From Chiloscyllium plagiosum (lineage: Eukaryota): a stretch of 58,751 nucleotides of DNA. Of the stretch, positions 22,770-35,734 are shown one piece after another. Location of the stretch: NCBI RefSeq assembly GCF_004010195.1, contig NC_057718.1:5595985-5654735 (forward strand), given 5' to 3'. The translations under genes were made by a program, and so were the position numbers. Position 1 is the stretch's first letter. Each line of letters begins with the position of its first letter. The notes under the pieces are model-generated. The model did not search any database and was not told where the DNA came from. It saw nothing but the letters and a program-made list of their open reading frames with translations.

Positions 22770-23165
22770 CAGGGTTTGAGTTATAAGGCGAGGCTAGGAC
22801 CTTTTTCTGTGGAGCGTCGAAAGCTGAAGGGTGACTTTACATAGACTTACAAAAGGCATGGATAGGGTGGATAGTCAAGGTCGGTTCCCTGGGGTAAGGG
22901 AGTCCAAAGCTATTTAAGGTTTAAGGTGGGAGGAGGAAGATTTAAAAGGGAACTGAGGGACAACGTTTTCAACTGCCAGAGGAAGTGGCAAATGCAGACA
23001 CAGTTGCAACACTTAAAGACTATTTGGACAGGTAAATGGATAGGAAAGGCTTAAAGGGATATGGGCCAAATGCAGGCAAATGGGATTAGTTTCGTTTTGG
23101 AAATCTGGTCAACCTGGCAAAGATGGGAAGAAGGGTCTGTTTCTGCACTGTATGACTCTATGATT
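22770..23165 (+). mobile_element. CR1 3' fragment inserted into a Zenon/Crack-like LINE 3' end (~22680-23450)
   Basis: ggagcgtcgaaagctgaagggtgac..aagggtctgtttctgcactgtatgactctatga. The flanks contain aagttcccctccaagtcactcaccatcctgac. Confidence 0.8.
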
Positions 23166-23449
23166 TTACACAGCACCAACCACATCTGCTACCATCTAGG
23201 AGGGCAAGGGCAGCATAGGAATATATAGGAATGCCACCACCTGGAAGTTCCCCTCCAAGTCACTCACCATCCTGACTTGAAAATACGTCGCTGTTCTTTC
23301 GCTATCACTGAATTGGAATCCTGGAACTACCTTCCGAACAGCATTATGGATGTTCCTACAGCATACGGACTGCAGCAATTCAAGAAGGCAGCTCACCACC
23401 ACCTTCTCAAAGGCAACTAAGGAGGGCCAATAAATGTTGGACCAGCCAA

Positions 23450-23767
23450 TTAGATTAGATTAGATTACGTTACAGTGTGGAAACAGGCCCTTCGGCCCAA
23501 CAAGTCCACACCGACCCACTGAAGCGCAACCCACCCATACCCCTACATTTACCCCTTACCTAACACTACGGGCAATTTAGCATGGCCAATTCACCTGACC
23601 TGCACATCTTTGGACTGTGGGAGGAAACCGGAGCACCCGGAGGAAACCCACGCAGACACGGGGAGAACGTGCAAACTCCACACAGTCAGTCGCCTGAGGC
23701 GGGAATTGAACCCGGGTGTCCGGCGCTGTGAGACAGCAGTGCTAACCACTGTGCCACCGTGCCGCCC
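23450..23767 (-). mobile_element. HE1 V-SINE, full length, young
   Basis: Near-identical to 33754-34072 and reverse complement of 3377-3673. Confidence 0.93.
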
Positions 23768-23779
23768 AATGATGCCCAC

Positions 23780-23999
23780 TGAAATAACAATCTGGTATCC
23801 ATAACAATCTACCCTTTATTTACCTGTGCATAGTACTAATCCAGCTTCCCTGGACCCAGCTCTCAGAGTGAACAGAACCTCTGACACTCCTGTTTATATC
23901 TGTCAGCCAGGGCTCCCTGATTGGACCAGATTAATAGCCCCAATCAGGGAACTCATATTCTATGAGGTCTACCTGCCTGACCTCATTACAATCACCACA
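23780..23999 (-). mobile_element. Solo LTR (220 bp)
   Basis: Minus strand starts TG(tggtgat) and ends (gttattt)CA, with 5-bp TSD CCCAC at 23775-23779 and 24000-24004. Internal CCAAT pair, then TATAAA, then AATAAA in LTR order. Confidence 0.8.
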
Positions 24000-24099
24000 C
24001 CCACATCCTCCCAGGAGGAAAAAGCAGTAAAACAGATTAATGAGACAAACTCATTTAACTTGTCTTCTGCAATTCAAAATGGAGAATGTCCATTATCTT

Positions 24100-24722
24100 C
24101 ATTTCTAAGTATTACTGTTTCTTTTGAAAAAGTTTCCAGTTGCCTTCAACATTACACCATTTCTGTCTTGGGCCAGCTGTGATGCTCCAGTGAAGTCCAG
24201 TGCAAGCTCTAAGAGCGGCATCTTATTTTCCACTTGAGGGCCCCATAGCCTTCTGGACTCAATATCAAGTTCAATCATTTTAGGGCCTGAGCTCTTTCTT
24301 CCATGTCTTTTACCCCTGCACACCCCAGGAAATTTGTGAAGTGATCCATATTTTTGTTTAGATTGGGATTATGTTCAGCATGGACTGGTTGGGTTGAAGG
24401 GTCTGTTTCTGTGCTCTATGACTCTATGTCTTGTCATCACGTCATGCCTTTAGCACAGCCAACCCATTTTCACATCCTTCTGGACTCTTTTCTGGCTTAC
24501 CATTACCCCTTTGTCTTGTCTCCCTCTCAGCTCCATATCTACCTATTTCCTCACTCACGTCGGCCCCCCTGCTACCCCAACTCCCTGTTTTCAAGCATAC
24601 ATACCCCCTTTCACCAGATACTACTAGTTCTGATGAAGGGTCGCTGGACATAAGCATTGAATTTGCTTTCTCTCCATGGATGCCACCAGATGTGATGAAT
24701 TTCCCAAACAGTTTCTGTTTTC
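24100..24722 (+). mobile_element. Decayed PLE 3' end (GIY-YIG C-terminus, pLTR, degenerate hammerhead ~24628-24662), with a CR1 tail inserted at ~24355-24430
   Basis: catcttattttccacttgagg..ccatagccttctggactcaatatcaagttcaa; ttctgatgaagggtcgctggac; ggatgccaccagatgtgatgaatttcc. Confidence 0.65.
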
Positions 24723-24724
24723 TT

Positions 24725-24970
24725 TATTCATTCATTCCCAAGATGAGGGTATCGCTGGCTGGGCAACATTTATTGCCCATCTCTAATTGCCCAGAGGGCA
24801 GATAAGAGGCAACCACATTGCTGTGGGTCTGGAGTCACATGTAGGCCAGACCAGGTAGGGATGGCAGTTTCCTTCCTAATGGATTTTTCCTACAATTGGC
24901 AATAGATTTGTAGTCATCATTAGACTCTGCCACGGTGGTATTTGAACCCAAGTCCCCAGAACATTACATG
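24725..24970 (-). mobile_element. tRNA-derived SINE (second family)
   Basis: aaccacattgctgtgggtctggagtcacatgtaggccagaccagg core; B-box complement ggtatttgaaccc; Zenon-like tail atttattgcccatc. Confidence 0.7.
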
Positions 24971-25329
24971 TTTTTGATACTGTTACTTTCAAACTTTTTT
25001 TTTCCCCTTCTGAGCTGTGAAAGAGTAAAAAAAGAATGTGGAGGTGGTGTGGAAGTGAAGATATTTCAGTAATAGTGGGAAGAGAGCATCAGCCTTTTCT
25101 GGTTCCCCACAGTTTTTTTTAATTGAAAATAATTATTTTCAAAAAACTTGTCGTTGTTAACTGCTTATGTTTAGGTGTTATAATTACTTCAGCAGGCTGA
25201 GCAGGACAGGGCCTGAAGCCTGCGACTGAATTTCTATGAGGTTACATGGTTAATGTCTGGAGACCTCCAGGAGCACCTCAATTAATGGCAGGAACTCAAG
25301 TCAATCAGTCATCAGAACAACAGCAAAAC

Positions 25330-25935
25330 TACTGAAACAAACATGGGGAATGCTGGAGCAAATCAGCAGATCTGACAGCATCTGTGGGGAGAGAAAGAGA
25401 GTTAACGTTTATGGTCTGGTAATGACTCTCCTTCAGAACTGAAAGATGTTAGAAAATGGGACAAAAGCAGAACTCGCGGAAGAAACTCAGTAGGTCTGTG
25501 GAGAGAAAGCAGAGTTTACATTTCTGAACTCCTCTTCAGAACTCATAATGGAAAATGCTTTTTTAATATTTTTGACAGAAGTGGCAGAGGAAGCGAAAGA
25601 GGAAATGTTGTGGAGGTCCAGTATAAAAGACAAAGTGGTTGTTAATAGTGGAGAAGGACAAAAAGAGGTGTAAATAGGATGTGTAAGGGAGAGAATGGGT
25701 CCTGTCTGGAGCAAGGTAATTTGTTGAAATGGAAAACAACTGGGAGGTTATGGTCATTCCCAGTCTGTGTTTTCCTTTTCGAATGTAAAGGAAACTGTAT
25801 TAAGAGCAGTAAATGCAATAGATTAGGTTGAAAGAAAAATAAGATTAAGGTGGTTTATTGAAATGGTGAGCTGCTGGGCGGTCAGGATCATTTCTATGGT
25901 CAGAGCGGAGGTGTTCTGCAAAACATTCACTGTGT
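25330..25935 (-). mobile_element. Decayed PLE pLTR tandem fragments and 3' body
   Basis: aatgctggagcaaatcagcagatctgacagcatctgtggggagagaaagagagttaacgttt..ccttcagaact, repeated at 25470-25543. Confidence 0.55.
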
Positions 25936-26667
25936 GTCTTTGAGATGCAACATGTGAAGTGCCTGAAATGGGGCCTCATTGCCTTTGTCTTACCTTCATA
26001 CCGCTGTTCCAACAAAGGCCTGTTTCTGCCTCCTTTGTTGTGTTACTTCACGTATACATTTACAGCAATAAATATTCCTTTATTGTTGCCATGACTACCA
26101 CACAAGGTATCAAAGTCTTTTAACTGTTTGCATCTCTTGAAGAAGATGTTTTTTTTTTGGAAACAAAAAACGAATTGCTTGCTTCATATTACAGTTCTAC
26201 CCCACAAAAGAAGTATATACATAATGAAACATCATAGAAGGGGGTCATTTGGCCCATCGTTCCTGTACCAGACCTTTGGCATAATTACTTATTAGTCCCA
26301 CTTCGCTTCCCTTTTTCCGTATTCCCGTGATATTTTTCCTTTCCAGTTTATTTAGTTTTGTTTCAATTGAATCTACTTCCATTGTCTTTCATGTTATATG
26401 TTGGCTCTAAATGGTCCATTTAGTCCAGCTCGACCATTTCAATTTTTACACTCCGAGAGAATAAATTATTTAATTCGTACTTATTCCCATTTACTTATCC
26501 CCATTTTTTTTGTTTTCGCCCTTTTCCAATCTAATCTCGAATATTGACATTATTTCAGCTTCACCTGCAGGTCCCAGCAGTGAATCCCACAGCCACACCA
26601 CTCTCCGCATGAAAATATTTTCCTTGCCTTCTGTTCGAAATTGCTCTTGTAGACTGCTGTAATCTAA

Positions 26668-26920
26668 GTGTCAGCTGTGGCTCAGTGGTAACGCTCTCAC
26701 CTCTGAACTAGAAGGTTGTGAGATCCAGCCTCATAGAAAATCAAAATAAACATTTTGTGTTGTTTTGAGGGAGTGCTGTTGTCTCGTGGTTGGTGTGTTA
26801 AACCAAGACTCAGCCTGTCTTCTTCAGTAGATACAAAAAATCCCAGAATATTGTTTGAAAGAAAAGTAGGGATATTATCCCCAGCACCCTGAGTAATGCT
26901 TATACCTCACTCAACTTCAT
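26668..26920 (+). mobile_element. Deu-domain SINE
   Basis: tcagctgtggctcagtggtaacgctctcacctctga..gaaggttgtg head; tgagggagtgctg..gtgttaaaccaagac..aaaatccca core. Confidence 0.65.
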
Positions 26921-27269
26921 GATAACTTCTTCTCTATTCCCACATCAATGGCACATGAGGCAGTCAAAGAATGTCCTTATGTCTGTTTCCATAAGCTGGA
27001 TTTTTCCTGGAATACATCTTTAACTTGTAACCAGAGACCTGCAGCTTGAGGAATCAATCTGATCATAGTTGACCAGATGACTCTCCTACTCTCATAGCCT
27101 ACCATTGACATATTGTGGAACATTTTAACAGGTTGACTTTCAACCCAGTTGGCTACATTATGAAAGCATGTTCCTTGGCTGTCAAATTTGACTTGAACCC
27201 TGAGCTTCCCGTTCAGAAACAGGGACACTACCTACAACACCACAATACATTGATTGAAACCTCCATGAT

Positions 27270-27865
27270 CAACATTCTGGAGGTCGTCATTGACCAGAAA
27301 CTCAACTGCACTCTACATAAACGCGTTGGCTACTAGAGCAGGTTGGAGGCTCGGAATACTGCGGCCAGTAACTCACCACCTGACTCCCCAAAGCTTGTCC
27401 ACCATCTACAAGGCACAGATCAGGAGTGTGATGGAATACCCCCCACTTGCCTGGATGGGGGCAGATCCAACAACACTCAAGAAGCTTGACACCATCCAGG
27501 ACAAAGCAGCTGGTTGGTTGGCTCCACATTCACAACCATCCACTCCTTCCACCACTGACACTCAGTTGCAGCAGTGTGTACTATCTACAAAGTGCACTGC
27601 AGAAATTCACCAAAGATCTTCAGACAGCGCTTTCCAAACTCAAATCCACTTCTGTCTAGAAGGACAAGGGCAGCAGATACATGGGAAACCCACCACATTC
27701 AGGTTCCCCTCCAAGCCACTCACTATCCTGATTGGGAAATATATCACCGTTCCTTCACTGTCGCTGAGTCAAAATCCAGCTCACCACCACCTTCCCAAGG
27801 GCAACTACAGATGGTGAATTAATTCTGGCCTCACCAATGATGCACACATCCCATAAATGAAAAAA
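27270..27865 (+). mobile_element. Zenon/Crack-like (CR1-group) LINE 3' end
   Basis: ORF 27290-27817 gives LGILR..LTPQSLSTIYKAQIRSVMEYPPLAWMGA..TLKKLDTIQDKAA; ends cacatcccataaatgaaaaaaaa. Confidence 0.8.
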
Positions 27866-28348
27866 AACCTTCCCTACAAATGGATCATCTGGTTGCTATT
27901 ACTTTTTGATTTTGAGAGTTTACTGTGCACAAATTGGTTGCCTTTTTAAAAAGAAAACATTCATAGTATGTAGGCAGCACTGTCTTATCTAGCTTTTAAT
28001 ACCTATCCCCATTTGCCCAGGGGTCAGTTAGGGATCAGCCACATTACTGTGAGTAGCAGATTCTCCATTCCTGAAAGATATTAGTGAAGCAGGAGTTTTT
28101 TTCAAACCACAATAGACATTAAGCAAGTGTTTTAGTGAATTCAGATTTGCACAGCTCCCATGGTGGAATTACAGTCCGTCTCCAACATGACGTTCTGGGC
28201 TACTAGCCAGTGACATTACTACAATGCCATTGCCTCCTCTTATTTCTTATTCTGCAAGAGTGATTAGGCTTTAAAAGTACTTCATGGACTTCAAGAATGC
28301 CTGGAGATTTTTCAAACTTGTAAACGGTGCAGTAGGAATTCAAATTTG

Positions 28349-28672
28349 CGGTGGCACAGTGGCTTAGTGACACTGCTGCCTCACAGCTCCAGGGGCCCGG
28401 GTTGAATTCCCACCTCAGCAGCTGTCTGTGTGGAGTTTGCACATTCTCCTGTGTCTGTGTGGATTTCCTCCAGATGGTCTGGTTTCCTCTCACAATCCAA
28501 CAGATGTTAGGTCAGGTGAATTAGCCATGCTAAATTGCCCATCGAGTTAGGTGCATTTGTCAGGGGTAAATATAGGGTCGGGAAATGGGTCTGGGTGGGT
28601 TATTCTTCGGAGGATCAGTGTGAAGTTGTTGGGCCAAAGGACCTGTTTCCATACTGTAGAGAATCTAATCTA
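28349..28672 (+). mobile_element. HE1 V-SINE, diverged
   Basis: A and B boxes, V core, tail gggccaaaggacctgtttcc..aatctaatct. Confidence 0.88.
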
Positions 28673-29349
28673 AAAAAAAAATCATTATTTTTATATCAAC
28701 AGTACTTCATCCTCAACCACTCTGTTGGAAAGCCTTGGTTGGAATTTACTGAGTTAAAACTGAGTGGGAAGGGTATATGAGAAAAGGTAGGAGAAATCTA
28801 CATAAAGGGTCACGCAGTGAATCATTTGGTAATGCAGTAGTTGTTTATTTAAATATCTTTAATTAATAGGTTCTAATTAAGATGTCCAATCTCACCGGAG
28901 CCAATCAGCATGGTATATTTTAAGCAGCCTTTGATAATGTCCCCTCAAGACAATTTGTCATGGTGTAAAAACAAGTTTACCTTGTTCAAAACGGAGCATA
29001 CACTTCAAAAAAAAAAATCACAAGGGAGTGGCTGAAAAATGTTTACTCCAGAAATGTGTTTTTTTGGTAATGGGCTTTTTTTTTTCCACAATGTTTTTCT
29101 CCCCCTTCTCGATCCAACTCATTTCTTCCTAACATACAGTTTGCTCTCGAGTATTGCCTTGTGACAGCTCAGTGTTCAGAACCGAGCTCAGGAGGTTTTT
29201 AGAATCAGAGAAGATTCAACAACTGGCTATTGCGTCCCTTCGAATCACTTTGAGGAAACCGCCTAGTCCAATCCCCCACTCCCTTGAATGTTTCTCTTCC
29301 TCCTTTTAAAGCAAAAGCATAAAGAGAAAGAAAATGTAAAATTAATTGG

Positions 29350-29709
29350 ATCTGATTGAGGTATACAAAATAATGAGAGTTCTAGACAGAGTAGATCATG
29401 ATAATCTCTTTCCCATGGCAGACGTGTCTAATTCCAGACAGTATAAGTTCAAGATAAGGAGTTTAGAGGCAATCTGAGAGTTTGTTTTTCACCCAGGGGT
29501 GGTAGAAATATAGAACATGCTGCCAGAGAGGGTGGTGGAGGCAGGTACTATCACAGAATTGAAGAATCATCTGGATGAGCACTTAAAGTGCCAGGGCATA
29601 GGACCTTATGAACCAAGTGCAGGTAAATGGAATTAGTGTAGTTGGTTGGTCAGCATAAATGTGGTAGGCCGAAGGGTCTGTTCCTATGTTGCATGACTTG
29701 ATGACTCTA
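29350..29709 (+). mobile_element. CR1 3' fragment
   Basis: gatctgattgaggtatacaaaataatgagag..tttttcacccaggggtggt..gccgaagggtctgttcct. Confidence 0.8.
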
Positions 29710-29799
29710 ATTCTCTTTTATTTATATAGAATAATTTTCAAGTGGTGTCTTGCTCACATAGATAAAACAAAGAACTGTGGATCATAGATTTGAAGGTAT

Positions 29800-30116
29800 C
29801 ATAGAACCCCTACAGCTTGGAAGTAGGCCTTTCGGTCAAACAAGTCAACACCGACCCTCTGAAGAGTAACCCGCCCAGACCCATTCCCCTACCCTATATT
29901 TATCCCTGACTAATGCACCTAACTTACACATCCCTGAACACTAAGGGACAATTTAGCATGGTCAATTCACCTAACCTGCACATTTTTTGGACTGTGGGGG
30001 GAAACCCATGCAGACACATGGAGAATGTGCAAATTCCACACAGACAGTTGCCCAAGGCTGGAATCGAACCTGAGTCCCTGGTGCTGTGAAGCAGCAGTGC
30101 TAACCACTGAGCCACA
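29800..30116 (-). mobile_element. HE1 V-SINE
   Basis: Reverse-complement head (gcagcagtgctaaccactgagccac), V core and tail. Confidence 0.87.
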
Positions 30117-30339
30117 GATGCCTCCAAACCTGTTGAGTTTCACGAGCAATTTCTCTTTTTGTTTCTTGCTCACATATGTCCAATATCAAGCAAGCAACAG
30201 AGAAATTTAAGGTGAGAGCTGTTGTATGTGTGCCTTGTCATTAAGAACCTCATATACTGTGTGTATCCAGTGTTGAGACGCTGCCTGGCCTTTTCTCTGT
30301 TTTGGGTATTCTGCCGATATTGGACTGGGGTGGGAAAGA

Positions 30340-30504
30340 TCAGAAGTTACATGACACCAGGTTATAGTCCAACAGGTTTATTTGAAATCACAAGCTTTCC
30401 GAGCACTACTCTTTTGTCACTTCACCTGACAAAGAGTGCAGTCAAAAAGCTTGTGATTTCAAATAAGCCTGTTGGACTATAACCTGTTGTTGTGTGACTT
30501 CTGA
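30340..30504. mobile_element. Fold-back mini-element of the second PLE terminal family
   Basis: caggttatagtccaacaggtttatttgaaatcacaagcttt pairs with aaagcttgtgatttcaaataagcctgttggactataacctg. Centre has a decayed hammerhead-like ctgacaaagagtgcagtcaaaaagct. Confidence 0.75.
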
Positions 30505-30649
30505 CCCTGGGTATTGTGAGCTGCATACATAGAAATTGGTTCTTTACTGTACCATCTGTTTCATAATTTATAATGTGTTTACAGTTTTAAATAAACTAAC
30601 ACAAAGTTAACTGGTTTCTGATGAGTGATCAATTAAAAAGGACATAGAA

Positions 30650-31563
30650 AGATGGGTTAGTAAATTTGCAGGTGACACTAAAGTCAATGGAGTTACACTT
30701 AGTGCCGAAAGATGTTGCAGGTTTCAGACGGACATAGATAAGCTACAGAGCTGGGCTGAAAGTTGGAAAATGGAACTTTATGCAGAAAAGTGTGAAGTGA
30801 TTCACTTTGGAAGGAGCAACAGGAATAAAGAGTACTGGGCTAACGGTAAGATTCTTGGTCGTGTCGATGAGCAGAGAGATCTCGGTGTTCATGTACATGG
30901 ATCCCTGAAAGTTGCCACCCAGGTTGTTAGGTTTGTTAAGAAGGTATACACTATGTTAGGTCTTATTGGTAGAGGGATTGGGTTTTGGAGCCATGAGGTC
31001 ATGTTGCAGCTGTACAAAACTCTTGTGCAGCCACACTTGCAGTATTGTGTACAGTTCTGGTCACTGCATTATAGAAAGGATGTGGAAGCTTTGGAAAGGA
31101 TTCAGAGGAGATTTACTAGGATGTTGCCTGGTGTGGAGGGAAGGTCTTATGAAGAAAGGCTGAGGAAATTGAGGCTGTTTTTGTTTGAGAGAAGAAGGTT
31201 AATTAGAGGTGAATTAATTGAGACATATAACATAATCAAAAGTTTAGATAGGGTGGATAGTGAGAGCCTTTTTCCTCGATCATGGTGGCTAGCATGAGGA
31301 GACATAGCTTTAAATTGAGGGGTGATAGATATAGGACAGATGTCAGAGGTAATTTCTTTACTCAGAGAGTAGTAGGGGCATGGAATGCCTTGCCTGCAAC
31401 ATTAGTAGACTCACCAACTATAAGGGCATTTAAATGGTCATTGGATAAACGTATGGATGAAAATGGATTAGTGTAGGTTAGATGGGCTTCAGATAGGTTC
31501 CACAGGTCAGCACAACATCGAGGGCTGAAGGGCCTGTACTGTGGTGTAATGTTCTATGTTCTA
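30650..31563 (+). mobile_element. CR1 LINE, RT C-terminus to 3' end
   Basis: ORFs 30770-31297 and 31282-31476 (KCEVIHFG, YCVQFWS, FFTQRVVGAWN); tail atgttctatgttct. Confidence 0.92.
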
Positions 31564-32444
31564 AAATGATGACAACTGGAACCTGAACTGTCCCATTGAT
31601 GCTGTATCTTTTCTGAAGTGTCTTGTCTGAGCTTACAAACCTTATACACTCTTCACATCAATACACCTTGGTTCCTGAATTTTATGCCATTTTTTCTCCT
31701 TTCTTTTACCCCACCTACTTTTCCGACCTTTGCCGACACACCAAAATCTCCGTGTTCCCCATTTTGTAACTTAACTTTTATTTCCTTACTTTAATGGCTG
31801 GGAAAGTTGAGAAAGCTGTTTAAAACTACAAGGAATCCTTGATTTTTGTCAAACAATATAGAACCACGGCAAAGATTTTTATAAATTACGAGTTAGACTT
31901 TGGTCAGTCAGTGTATTGTATTCAGCTGTGAAGAGCACACATTAGAAATGATGTGCAGGTTTTGGAGAGGGTGCAGAGGTGGTTTACTTGGATAGCATCA
32001 GGACTGAGGTGACTCCAGGTATGTAGGGAGGCTAGAAAAGCAGTGTTTCTTTTTGGAAGAGAGAAGATCAAGATCAAGATCAAGTCGTGTTCAAACTCGA
32101 GGGATTGTGGCAGATTAAATTGGAAGAACAGTGGCCAGAGGCAGGAGGGCCAGTCATCAGCTAACACAGATTGAGGGTACGAGAGGTGACAAGAGGAAAT
32201 GCAGCATAGTGTTCTGAGCTGCAATGTGCTGCCTGAAAGGAGGCAAGTTTTGTGGTAACATTAGAAAGAGAATTAACTGTGAATTTGAAAAGAAAACGTT
32301 TACTGTTTTGGGATAAGCGCATGGAGGAGGGTGGGTGGATGGAGTGGATCTATCGATTTGTTTTTTTAACGTATTGATGCAGACACAATGTGCAGCTCTT
32401 CCTAGTGTTATAGAAGTTTAAGTACTTTTCTTTAGCACAATAAC

Positions 32445-32780
32445 TATAGATATGGGAGTAGAAGGAGACCATTCAGCCCATCTAGTTTGCTCTGCCATTC
32501 AACAATATCATGGGCTGCTCTGTTAATCTTCATCTTCCTGCCTTTTCCCCATAATCCCTGATCTTCTTACTGATTAAAAATCTGTCTATCTCAACCTTGA
32601 ATGTATTTAATTACCCAGACACGACAGCCCTCTGTGTTAAAGAATTCCACACGTTTAATATCCGCTGAGAGAAAAAAATTCCTCCTCACCTCTGTCACAA
32701 ACGGGTGACCCCTTATTCTGAAATTATTCCCTCTGGACTCTCTCATAAAGGGAAACAAATTTTCCACATCAATGCCTTTT
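32445..32780 (-). mobile_element. Older CR1-type 3' end
   Basis: ORF 32591-32800 gives RGNNFRIRGHPFVTEVRRNFF. Confidence 0.7.
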
Positions 32781-33424
32781 AACTGTTTCTCTGACTGCAT
32801 CTCTGTTGCCCTGTCCCAGGGCGACAGGAATTGGATGAATTCAGATCACCAACTAGATTTCGACTCTGTAATCAGTATGACAGTGAAAAATTCGCAGTTT
32901 AAACATTAGTCCCTCTTCACCACTCCACCCACCTTTATATAAATTAACTAGTGATATTGACAGCAGGTACTGGAATAAGTAAGGGGATGATGACTCAGCT
33001 CTCGCTTCTGCTCGATTATCTCTGTAAATTGAGTTAATGGAAGAGAAAAAATTGGCCAAGTGTGAAATGGGCAGCTGAATCCTAGCCTCGAATGTGCATC
33101 CTCAATATTCAGCACTTTGCTGTCGGCAACTATGTATTCTTTTTATTTAGTTGGGGTTTTGGGCATCACTGGCTGGGTTAGCATTTATTACCCATCCCTA
33201 ATTGCCCTGAAAGTGATGATGATGGTTCTTGAACTGCTGCAGTCCCTATGGTGTAGGGAAACCCATTGTGCTATTTAGTGAGCAAGCTCTGGATTTTGAC
33301 CCAGCGCCGGTGAAGGAACAGCGATGTTTCCAAGACAGGATGGTGGTTGCCTTGGAGGGAAGCATGCATATATCTGCTTCCATTTAAAGAATCACAGAAA
33401 TGTTACGGTGTAGAAGAAATGTAA

Positions 33425-34270
33425 GCATAGAACAGTATAGCACAGGAACAGGCCCTCAGCCCACCTTGTCTATGCTAACCATGATACCATTTTAAACAAA
33501 ATCTGTCTGCCTATACATGGTTCATATACTTGTATTCTCTGCCTGTTCATGTGTCTGTCCAAATGCCTCTTAAATGTTGCTACACTATCTCCTTCTACCA
33601 CCTCCCCAGGCAGCGTGTCTCAGGTGCCTGCCACCCTCTGTGCAAAAACGTTTCCTTGCTCCTTATGTCTCATCAGTTATTGTACACTTTCCACTTGCAT
33701 TTGACCTCCCAAAATGCATCACCTCACATCTGGATTAAACTCCATTTGCCATTTTAGATTAGATTAGATTAGATTACAGTGTGGAAACAGGCCCTTCGGC
33801 CCAACAAGTCCACACCGACCCGCCGAAGCGAAACCCACCCATACCCCTACATTTACCCCTTACCTAACACTACGGGCAATTTAGTATGGCCAATTCACCT
33901 GACCCTGCACATCTTTGGACTGTGGGAGGAAACCGGAGAACCCGGAGGAAACCCACGCAGACACGGGGAGAACGTGCAAACTCCACACAGTCAGTCGCCT
34001 GAGGCGGGAATTGAACCCGGGTCTCTGGCGCTGTGAGGCAGCAGTGCTAACCACTGTGCCACCGTGCCGCCCACTCAACTTTCAGACTGATCTGAATCCT
34101 GCTGCCTCCTTCCTCGTTATCCACAACTTCACCAACATTTGTGTCACCTGCAAATTTACCAACCAGACTACCTACATTTTCAACCAAATCATTTATACAC
34201 ATTACAAACAACAGAGGTCCCAGTGCTGATCCTTGCAGACCACTGGTTACAGATCTGCAGTCAGAGAAAA
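33425..34270 (-). mobile_element. Decayed CR1 split by the HE1 SINE at 33754-34072
   Basis: Tail catagaacagtatagcacaggaacaggccc; RT fragment GPLLFVMCINDL..GKFAGDT in ORF 34047-34313. Confidence 0.8.
33754..34072 (-). mobile_element. HE1 V-SINE, full length, young
   Basis: (TTAGA)n tail through gccaccgtgccgccc head complement. Confidence 0.93.
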
Positions 34271-35734
34271 ACATCTTTCTCTCTCTCTCTCTATCTCCAC
34301 CCCCCCACCCCACCTTTAAACTGACCTCTTTACTGGACTTTCACTCACCTGCTCTAATATGTCTTATGCTGCCTTGGTCTTTAAACTATGGGATAGTTTT
34401 CAACCTCTAAGGCAGTATATAAACGCAAATATATATTTGTTGTATCAACACATGGAGGTGATAGCAGTGGACTGAGGAAACACTCTGAATGCCAGGCTGA
34501 TAGACAGATGAGGTTGAATTTGAGCAGACCTTGGACGATAGTTCCTACTTTCATGTAGATGTACTGCTGCTTGTAAAATCAAAATTATAATCAGGGTCCA
34601 AATCATGCAGAATGAGTGTCGGTACATTGCTCCCTTGAAGTAAAATTGAAATAATTAAATGGGTTCTTTTCTTAATGCCCTGTTTTGCCAAAGGGAGGGA
34701 TGTTTGCTCCTGTTAGTGGAACACTTCCATATCAGGCACTTGTTGACAATGTTAAGCCCTCCCAAGTCAGGTGTGACCCTCGTGGGTATAAGGGAAAGCT
34801 CTCTCTCTCCTGCAGAGGGAGTGTAGTTCAGGAAGCTGTGATTCCCTCAGCGTGGTTGTTTCCATTACCCACCCTCACAAGCTCTCCTTCAGTGAAGGTT
34901 TCCCCTGGTATTTTGTTGGTAGATGTTTTAAGAAATGAATTTGTGGAACCATTGCCCATCTTTATATGACTCAGCACACCAGAGGGCACATGAAGGTCAA
35001 GCACATTGCTGCGGCTCTGGAGTTAAATAGAGCCTGGACCAGCTAAGGCTGGTAGACATCTTTCCTGAAGGACGTTAATGAAATAGGTGTTTTTAAAATG
35101 ACAATCCAGTAATGTCATGGTCACCATTATTGATACAGCTCTTTTTAAAATTTCAGCTGTCACTTAATTCAATGAATTTAAATTACCCAATTACCATGGT
35201 GGGATTTGAACTCCATGGCATGTTGTTTCATCCTGTCTATTTGGAATGATTCAAAATGAAGCTTCTGCAGAATTAGCAGTCTTTGTTTGTTTGTGTGTGT
35301 GTGTGTGTGTTTGAGAGAGAGCGCTCTGACATGCTTGCTGCCTGTGCCTCACCAGCCTCATATACACTATCCAAAGGTTTTTGGGTTGTGGAGAAAGAGT
35401 AGTGAATTTGGACTACATCAGCATTTTTCATTTATGTAACAGCTTTGACAGAGTCAGAAGAATCCTGAGATTCTTTACAAGGGAGTGCACATCTAGTGAG
35501 TTGGGAGCTCGTAGAAAAGGTGACCTTAGCCATAATGGGAGTTTGTATGGGACATCGTAAAGGATGAAAGCGTGACAGAAAGTTAGCAATGTTTGGCAAG
35601 GGAATTCCAGAACTTAGAAGCAAGAAAGATAAAGGCAGAGCTGCCAGTTGTCAGAGATGAAAAAAGAGGGATATGCAAGTGGTCAGAATTGGAGGGGTAC
35701 CAAGATCTTTCAAACGGGCATGATATGAGAACGG

